Assembly (NCBI RefSeq): GCF_001194135.2
Contig: NC_069002.1
Coordinates: 24,836,947-24,877,036 of the forward strand
DNA from: Octopus bimaculoides
Lineage: Eukaryota
DNA length: 40,090 bases
Direction: 5' to 3'
A program made the position numbers and the translations under genes. The notes below the pieces were generated by a model that saw only the letters and a list, made by a program, of their open reading frames with translations, did no database searches and was not told the origin of the DNA. Shown here one piece after another: positions 31,847 through 40,090 of the stretch; position 1 is the stretch's first letter; every line of letters starts with the position of its first letter.

Positions 31847-33554
31847 NNNNNNNNNNNNNNNNNNNNNNNNNNNNNNNNNNNNNNNNNNNNNNNNNNNNNN
31901 NNNNNNNNNNNNNNNNNNNNNNNNNNNNNNNNNNNNNNNNNNNNNNNNNNNNNNNNNNNNNNNNNNNNNNNNNNNNNNNNNNNNNNNNNNNNNNNNNNNN
32001 NNNNNNNNNNNNNNNNNNNNNNNNNNNNNNNNNNNNNNNNNNNNNNNNNNNNNNNNNNNNNNNNNNNNNNNNNNNNNNNNNNNNNNNNNNNNNNNNNNNN
32101 NNNNNNNNNNNNNNNNNNNNNNNNNNNNNNNNNNNNNNNNNNNNNNNNNNNNNNNNNNNNNNNNNNNNNNNNNNNNNNNNNNNNNNNNNNNNNNNNNNNN
32201 NNNNNNNNNNNNNNNNNNNNNNNNNNNNNNNNNNNNNNNNNNNNNNNNNNNNNNNNNNNNNNNNNNNNNNNNNNNNNNNNNNNNNNNNNNNNNNNNNNNN
32301 NNNNNNNNNNNNNNNNNNNNNNNNNNNNNNNNNNNNNNNNNNTTTTCGTTCAGTATATGGCGGTCGTCAAAGAATATCATTCGTAGCAGACGTTTGCTCG
32401 ACATCGTTCACATGCGCCTGACTCGGGCTCAGAATTTACAGCCCGAGTTGTTATCTATAATCGTAAAATTTAAAAGTAATTCAAATTCAATGTTTTCTTG
32501 AAGAAATAAATTTCTATAGAGATTAAGATTAAAATTCCAATCAATAAAAAGTTTCCGTTCTACAATATTGTTAAAGAAACGAAAAATTATCCAGCAACTC
32601 GGGTTAATACGAACGAGCCTGGTAGGTGTAAAAGACTAACTGGATGGCATCTCTCATCAAGAGTACAGGCGGCAGTCAGATCATTGATGTTTGTCGTACA
32701 CTCCGCTGCCGTTATTTGATTGCTGTTATTCTGTGCATCTGTGTGTAAATATCAGTTGTGTTTTGCAGGGGTGCTTTATTTTTACCCTTAACTTAGAAAT
32801 GAAGAAAGACAGGATCTTATCGGTTTGGCTGCCAGCATTTCAAAATTTAAAGTTCACAGAAAATTTTAGAATTTGGCACAGTAATACACTTGCCCAAACT
32901 GGATTGCTTTTTTCCAGAGAAAGTATTTTAAAAAGTTATAGAAATTTAAAGTGTGATCATTTTCACCCAGTCAGGAAACAGGATTTGAAAGCTGTCATTT
33001 TGTGCGTGACTGCACATTTTGGCGTCAGCATCCTGAAAATAGTACGTGTTATGTCTCCGGTAATTTTCTTTCATGTAAATAATTGTTTCTGTTAATTTAA
33101 AAGATTTATCCAAACAATTTTATTTAGCTGTTATTTTTAGCACACAACACAACACCTCAATGCTCAATGACAAAAAGAAACGCGTAAACAAACATTTAAG
33201 CATTCAATATGCCTTTAATGCAAATACGATAAACAACACGTGGCATGCGATAAACAAATTACAATTTTTAACAAAAAGATTTAGAAGAATTAGATGAAAG
33301 TTCTCCGGTAATTTTCTTTAATCAAAATAAATGTTATGCTAATTTTAAAACTTGACAGCAAATTCTTATAAAACGACAATGTTCGAAAAGACGTACATGT
33401 TTATATGTTACATATGAAAATAAGAGTGAGCAAAATATGCTTAAAAAACAAACATTTAAGCATTAAAAATAAACATTTAACTTTCGGTTTTAATTTTTTT
33501 AATATCTTCCTCTGTTTTCAATATTTCTAAAATAGAAGCGAAGTTACATATACA

Positions 33555-33913
33555 AAACTGAGGTATAAGGACACTCGCGAAACTAGTTTGTTCAAGTGTG
33601 AGGTGGCTGTCTGCACCTGGGAAGAGAGGGCTGACGACAGAACAACATGGAGGACTGTGGTGAAGGAAGGAACTCCTTCGCTAGAGAGCAGCTACAGAAA
33701 CAAACAAGTTGAGAAGCGTCAGCACGAAAGGAAAACAACAGAAATGCAGAGTGCTGAGCCGCCCTCTTGGTATGCAAGTACAATGAGAGAAGCTGCCCTT
33801 CAATCATAAGGAGAATCAACCATGAAAGAAGATGCAAGAAAAAGAGTCCCTGTTATGTTCGATTAATAACCTCTAAGCTAAATTGACCGTCTGCATAGAC
33901 GAAAAGGGCCACT
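33555..33913 (+). mobile_element. RTE-clade LINE 3' end, decayed
   Basis: KLRYKDTRETSLFKCEVAVCTWEERADDRTTWRTVVKEG...KRQHERK, then in a shifted frame LVCKYNERSCPSIIRRINHERRC (decayed C-terminal zinc finger). Ends GACGAAAAGGGCCACT followed by (TA)n. Confidence 0.8.
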
Positions 33914-33966
<53 letters not shown>

Positions 33967-34237
33967 NNNNNNNNNNNNNNNNNNNNNNNNNNNNNNNNNN
34001 NNNNNNNNNNNNNNNNNNNNNNNNNNNNNNNNNNNNNNNNNNNNNNNNNNNNNNNNNNNNNNNNNNNNNNNNNNNNNNNGATAAATAGTTACCAGGGTAG
34101 CAAAAATCACACAAGTAAAAAGGTTGTAACTCCTTGTTTTTAAAAGTAGAAACTCCGGGTTTATGTAAAATATTTTGTATAATATATATATAAATAAATA
34201 AATGCAGGTAAACGCAGGTGTTATTCAAATTCTTTTA

Positions 34238-34324
34238 CTTCCGATACATGTTTCGAAGATATCACTGGTATTATTCCAAATGAATAAAATGGTGTAAAAC
34301 AATGCGATCTTCTCTTCAGGGAAA
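34238..34324 (-). ncRNA. Type I hammerhead ribozyme motif (HH-c) with an intact core and extended domain II
   Basis: 5'-UUUCC CUGAAGA GAAGAU (46 nt) AUCUUC GAAA CAUGU A UC GGAAG-3'. Palindromic helix III ACAUGU, GUA site (A17 = 34245). Helix I is offset by 2 nt. Confidence 0.7.
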
Positions 34325-34479
34325 TGAAGAAATGAAACTCGTCAATAAGACATTTTAACAGGAAAATAAAAATAAGAAATAAGTGGAAATTTTAACGGTG
34401 AGTGTGTTAAATTTCAAGGCACAATAACAAAATGACTCTCCCCAGACACAACAGTATATATATATAGACATATATATAT

Positions 34480-34583
34480 GTGGCTGTGTGGTAAGTAGCT
34501 TGCTTACCAACCACATGGTCCAGGATTCAGCCCCACTGTCTGGCACCTTGGGCAAGTGTCTTATACTATAGCCTCGGGCCGAC
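34480..34583 (+). mobile_element. SINE family B head
   Basis: Matches 10866-10970 and runs into (CA)n. Confidence 0.85.
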
Positions 34584-34625
<42 letters not shown>

Positions 34626-34678
34626 TATATAGATATAGATATATATAGAGAGAGAGACTTAAGCATGGNNNNNNNNNN

Positions 34679-34713
<35 letters not shown>

Positions 34714-34750
34714 TATATAGATATAGATATATATAGAGAGAGAGACTTAA

Positions 34751-34880
34751 GCATGGCTGTTTGGTAAGAAATTTGCTTCCCTACATAGTTCTCGGTTCAG
34801 TTCCACTGCGTGGCACTTCGGGTTGACCAGAGCTTTGTCAGTGGATTTTGTAGACAGATACTGAAAGAAGCCAATGGTAT
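34751..34880 (+). mobile_element. SINE family B, 5' half, diverged with a deletion
   Basis: GCATGGCTGTTTGGTAAG...GGTTCAGTTCCACTGCGTGGCAC...GTGGATTTTGTAGAC..ACTGAAAGAAGCC. Confidence 0.75.
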
Positions 34881-35091
34881 ATGTGTACGTATGTCTTTGT
34901 ACACGTCTATTCTAGAAACAGTTGTTAGAGATATTATGCACAACTTCTCAATACATTATTTACCCTAACTACTCTGTAATTATATTCGAATTATAAACTC
35001 CCTGCTCCATAATGATACCACATATTTTGCTTGTCTGTTCTTTCTTTCTAATATATGTACATATTTATATGTAAATATTTATATACATATA

Positions 35092-35262
35092 GGCACAGGG
35101 TGACTCTGTGGTAAGACGTTTACTGCCCAACCACATGGTTCCGGGTTATGTCCTACAGCGTGGCACCTTGGATAAATGTCTTCTCTTCTACTATAGCCTC
35201 AGGCCGACCAAAGTCTTGTGAGTGTATTTGGTAGACGGAAACTGAAAGAAGCCTGTAGTACG

Positions 35263-35293
<31 letters not shown>

Positions 35294-35530
35294 GTGTGTG
35301 TGTATGTGGGTGTGTCTTTGTGCCTGTGTTGTCCACTTCAAAACCATTTGACAACCGGTTTGGTGTTTCCGTCCCCATAACTTAGCGGGTCGGGAAAAGA
35401 CACCGATAGAATAGGTATTAGACTTAAAAAATAAATCATGGGGTTGATTTGTTCGACTAAAAACCCTTCAAAGCAGTACTCCAGCATGGCCTCAGTCAAA
35501 TGGTTAAAACAAGGAAAAGAACGAAAGAAT
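35092..35530 (+). mobile_element. SINE family B, full length, diverged
   Basis: Colinear with 10858-11269, including the internal (TA)/(TG) linker. Confidence 0.85.
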
Positions 35531-37271
35531 ATATATGATCCAGTGAGGAGACTAACAATGAATAGCACATAACTTTATTTTTAGTTACATTTGTTTCTAT
35601 ATTCCTCCATTTCTTACCATATTTTACGTAAATGTTTCTGTGTGGAAAGTTACGCAATAAGTGTGGTAGACTGTATCGGAGTGGCACCTTATCGGGCTAA
35701 CATTAAGCCAAGCGTCTTTGCACAAGGCAAACACACATAGTTTAAAACTAGGTGAAGAAATGCCGCTCCGATATGATCAACCACACAATGCGTAATATAG
35801 ATTTATTCCTGTGTATGTGCGCACGCGCTTTGTGTGTTTGTGTGCATATGTATATCTGTGTCTCTCTGTGTTTGTTTGTCTATCTGGTGAAAACGAATTT
35901 CTTAAACTTATAAATATTATTTGTAAAACATCATAAAACGTTCTTAAAATACAAAGAGCAACGCAGGCGCGATGAGAAAGAGTATCGATGATAGTACTTT
36001 TGCAATTTTCAGCTTTTCAGACACACGTGGAGTGAGGTAATCCATCTAGTGGCAAATGTGCCCGGTGGCGGTTCTCTTTGTTTCAGGCTTAGTTTTCAAA
36101 TGAAGATCTTTATAAAATATTCTTCGGTTGCTATTGAGAATTGATCATTTTCTTCCTTTATTTTCAAAAAAGAAAGAATATATTGAATATCACATTTGCG
36201 CAAATATCGAGGTTTTTTCTACACGGATCATACCTAACAGATGGAATCCTGATTTGTTGCTTATGCTCCCTTACTCTGTCTATTAAATTTCTTCGTTCTC
36301 GGTCGGTAGTTTCCAACTGCATTGTGGATTTGTATAAAAGTAAATAAGATTTTGCTTAGTAAATCATATTTGCATTAAGCTTAAATTTATTCCCATTCTT
36401 GAGCTTTTTTGTCACAAACATTTATGTTGAATGTTACTCGTTTACACACACCAAACTATGTGAACTCTACTTTATTAACATTAGTACTCGGAGTGCTACT
36501 CCTCCTGCATACTTGCCATATAACAACGGTTATTGATCTACACACACATAAAGTGGCGAATTCTTTCTCAATTCTTATTTCATTCCATCCGCTTACTATA
36601 TTACTGGTTAGTTAATTGATATTGTTAAATAAATAACCATCAAATTCAGTTAATAAATCTTAATTAATAATTGCCCCAAATGCTTAAGCCCATTTGAAAC
36701 TTGTTGAATTCACTTATCGACTAATCATTGTCTTATCGTTTTGTGTACCCTCAATCCATTTATAATTGACGTTCACTTCTTCTCTCTCTTTCAATCTCTC
36801 TCTCATTCACAGTCTTTCACTCACTCTGTCTCCTCCTCTCTGTCTCTCTTTCTTCTCTCTCTTTCTTCTCTCTCTTCTCTCTTTCTCTCCTCTCTGTCTC
36901 TCTCTGTGTCTCTGTGTCTCTCTCTCTCTCTCTCTCTCTCTTTCTGTGTACATATGTATATATCCCTCTCCGTATTTCTGTCTCCCCCAAGCTCTCTCGT
37001 AAGTAGATGGAGATCGCTTTAATGTTATCTTCCTCAATAAATTCCCTCCCTCCTTTCTTCCTTAATTTGTCCACTCACAATCCCATTGCCTTACCACTTT
37101 ACTTTGCCTCAATATCTCTACCATTAGTAATCTGTTAATTTATAATTTTGAAATGACTAATAATTAATCCCCGCGTCTTTGTAGCTCTTTTACCCATCCA
37201 ACCATCTCTCCTAATCACCACCTGCAACCATTCCATAGTCAGTTGAACATCTGCTTTATTCCTGATATGCG

Positions 37272-37352
<81 letters not shown>

Positions 37353-37518
37353 CCGTTCAAATTCCGTTTCTCAATTCATTTGGTTTTAATTAATATTTTA
37401 TGGCTACATTTATTTATATTTATTTATTTTTTACAATTTTATACTTCTCTTCTACTCCCTATACACCTCATCTTCTTAATTAAAAATTAATCTTCCACCA
37501 TCTCTCGCGCTTTCACTT

Positions 37519-37569
<51 letters not shown>

Positions 37570-37743
37570 TACTCACTCTTAGTTTCAGTATGCTTACTAT
37601 ATTATCAATCGTACAAACTTCAAAGAAGTATTATATAATGAGATATACAACTTCTGTATTAGCAGCAAATCTGCGTGTTTGAGACCTCTTTTATTCCGAA
37701 TTTCAAAGCACCACCATTTGATTTAGTGTGTTTTGTGTCTAGT

Positions 37744-37806
37744 TAGCCATCCTTTTTAATGTAGCCATCCTTTTTAATGTAGCCATCCTTTTTAATGTAG
37801 CCATCC
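37744..37806. repeat. 18-bp minisatellite, 3.5 perfect copies (TAGCCATCCTTTTTAATG)
   Basis: Direct observation. Confidence 0.95.
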
Positions 37807-39566
37807 ATTTATAATACCATATGTCTTTCTACATTGTGAGGCATTGCTCAAGTTTCATAAGCCACGTTTAAAAGCACCACCTAGCATATGGGGTTCTTTT
37901 CAGGGGTGTTGACGGCGAAGCAAGCATTGGGACCAATCCTGATATGCAAACAGAGATAGAAAAATTAGTTAATGGCCCCGGGGTTTCTTCTACTTTTTTC
38001 TAACAAAGGTTGTGACATGGTTATTAATATAGCGATAAGTTATGACTAAATGAATATGCGAACACCGATTCATGTATATTTAGTTTCGTTGTGAAATTAA
38101 GCACTTCAAAATAGGATCGTATTGGTCTGTTTCGTTTCAGTTTGCCACTGCATAGGGTTCACTCGTTTCTGCTTCTCACACTGTTGATTCGATCGTCATT
38201 CCAAGCTGTCGTCAATGCAGTAGCATTGTGTAAACGAGTTGCATCAGTAACAAGTTTTACTTTTATTTAATAGGTAACCTAGCTCATCTGTTACCGTCAG
38301 ATTAGGGTGCGAAGAAGTGAGTAAATTCTGATGAATTTTAAAAATAACTAAAAAATTGGTTGGGTCGATTTTATCCCTTACTACTGGTAGCCCCAATGGC
38401 TCTGATTTCAAGGACGACTAAACACTTATGAGAAAAAAATCCTTGTTATTTATTAATTATTGAAATTAATTGTGAAACCACATAAAAAAGGCAACTTTCC
38501 TATTTCGTAATTTCGTCTACAATATAAGAGACGCAATTTCCTCTCTCCGTTAAGCCGATTCCTATAAAATTTCCCGATGCTTCTGTAAACAAGTTATCTA
38601 TATGCATCACTCTGGATCATTCTGCACATCCGTCTCTCTTATTTCTGTCATTTCCTATTTTATTCAATCTTTAACAGATATCCATCCGTCTTGAAATCTC
38701 TCAAACTCACGTTATTCCAACATACTTCAATCTACAAGCATTTAACCTCGATAACATTTGCATTGCTCGTCTCTGACTAGTTTAAAACAGAAATTTTAGT
38801 ATATATGAGTAATGTCCCTTCTTATTTAATTAACTAATAAGAACGCATTTTAGTGTTTTAGTCAACAAATAAATCTAAATTGTCCTTAGGATAAGTGCAT
38901 TAAACTTTTTACTTAATGGCTCTCCTCAAAACAATTTGTAAAAGTTTTTAGCGTAAGTTCATTTGATGTCAAATTCAGTTATTGTAAAGAGCAATATTTA
39001 AAAGAGAAATAACTATTTTTATCTCTAAATATTAAACAAAAACTAAGATATTCGAGTTAGTAAGAATTCCTGTAAAACTGTCAACGTTGAAGCTTTTAAG
39101 TATATGAGAATAAAACATGAACATACTGAGATACACACATACGTATATTCCTATGTAAGTCGTGTTCAGAACATATTTCTCGTGTGTATGTGTGTGTGTT
39201 TGTGTCTGTGTCTGTGCGCGCGCGCGTGTATACATATGTATATGTATGGATGTATATACATATATATATATATGTATATATGTATGTATTTATGTATGTA
39301 TATGCTGTACAGTTTGTTTTAATGTTGAGTTATGAGAATAGATTTACATTAAACCGAAGCATTGCTCAATATTTGGTGTAGAGTCCATATTATAATTTAA
39401 CAAGAATAAATATGTTTATAAATATATATGTGTGTGTGTGTGTGTACGTGCGTGTGCGTGTGTTGTGTGTGTATGTATGTACATGTATATTTATAAACAT
39501 ATTTATTCTTGTCCAATAATTATATGTATTCTACAAAAAATATTGATTAATACTTCACTTTCAAGA

Positions 39567-39835
39567 GGTCCCATGGTTCAGTGGTTATAGTGTTACACTC
39601 ACGATCTAGCGATCGTAAGTTCAGTTCCGGGTGGTGCGTGGTGCTTTTGAGCAAAACACTTATTCTAAAGTTGCTCTCCGATTACTGCGACAGCGGACGC
39701 GTGGTACACTTGAGCACCAGTTCAGACAACGTCTATTGAATGGAGGGGAGTGAGCTAATGTGCGACACATACATCTGATCACTATAAACAAATCATACGT
39801 CACGTTCGTCGGTCGGGAGAGTTCATGATTAGATG
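39567..39835 (+). mobile_element. tRNA-derived SINE with a family-C-like head and a different body
   Basis: GGTCCCATGGTTCAGTGGTTATAG...CACGATC...AAGTTCAGTTCC...TTTTGAGCAAAACACTTTATT parallels 18071-18180. The sequences then diverge. Confidence 0.6.
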
Positions 39836-39928
39836 TATGTATATGTATATATAGATATATATGTGTATATACATATATATGTGCGTGTGTGTGCGTGCGT
39901 GTGTGTGTGTGTGCGTGTGTGTGTGTGC

Positions 39929-39964
<36 letters not shown>

Positions 39965-40090
39965 ATATATATATATATATATATGCATTCATAGTCATGT
40001 ATATATGTATGTGTGTATATATATATGAAAGAAAGAAAAAGGAAGAGAACATCAAAATAACATAAGTTTATCATAATAATTACAATTGTT

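Larger units (their letters stand above)
8300..34678. other. Twelve assembly gaps (N runs), about 4.4 kb in total
   Basis: 8300-8804, 10358-10605, 12540-12798, 17853-17925, 22060-22849, 23440-23897, 25337-26287, 26817-27234, 30787-30874, 31847-32342, 33967-34079, 34669-34678. Most abut microsatellites. Confidence 0.98.

Noticed and set aside
32691-33095. 134-aa ORF
   Set aside because: Non-ATG start, no recognisable motif, and it overlaps the duplicated AT-rich segment.
34326-34345. Plus-strand ATGAAGA-AAT-GAAACTCGTC
   Set aside because: No room for helix II and no helix I.
8213-34714. Long ORFs in the supplied track (up to 374 aa)
   Set aside because: They read through N-gaps or simple repeats (poly-X, YI, HT, CV, K, E tracts) and are not genes.
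34590-34756. About 75-bp direct repeat flanking the 10-N gap
   Set aside because: Identical sequence on both sides of a gap is an unmerged contig overlap, i.e. an assembly artefact.
36021-36036. 16-nt micro-exon between TTTTCAG and GTAATC
   Set aside because: Such splice-like pairs are common by chance and there is no other support.
38540-38780. Faint CR1/L2-like translation on the minus strand (QRRAMQML)
   Set aside because: Only one short motif, so unsupported without a profile search.
1-40090. CRISPR array, operon or other prokaryotic defence system
   Set aside because: The sequence is eukaryotic and repeat-rich, with no regular repeat-spacer array and no intact long ORFs.

Overview
AT-rich, microsatellite-dense eukaryotic DNA from a draft assembly, with 12 N-gaps totalling about 4.4 kb. 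The repeat families look like those of an octopus genome; this is an inference from recalled SINE sequences, not a database result. No protein-coding gene can be called with confidence. Nearly all long ORFs in the track are microsatellite or N-gap artefacts, and only one or two weak exon candidates remain. The window is mostly mobile-element debris: more than 20 tRNA-derived SINE copies in at least 4 families, five decayed 3' fragments of restriction-like-endonuclease (REL; R4/Dong- or CRE-like) retrotransposons (four directly bounded by microsatellites), two RTE-type LINE fragments, a D34D mariner fragment and three inverted-repeat (MITE-like) elements, one of them a 450-bp foldback with 213-bp arms. 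The most interesting signal is a set of hammerhead-ribozyme folds of the minimal type I, Penelope-associated kind. Two different hammerheads lie 160 nt apart on the minus strand at 24134-24354, and their short helix III palindromes (ACUCCGAGU and ACUCGAGU) are mutually complementary, suggesting a heterologous double hammerhead. A third, with an intact catalytic core and a long branched domain II, lies at 34238-34324. All folds were derived by eye and none was computed or tested.
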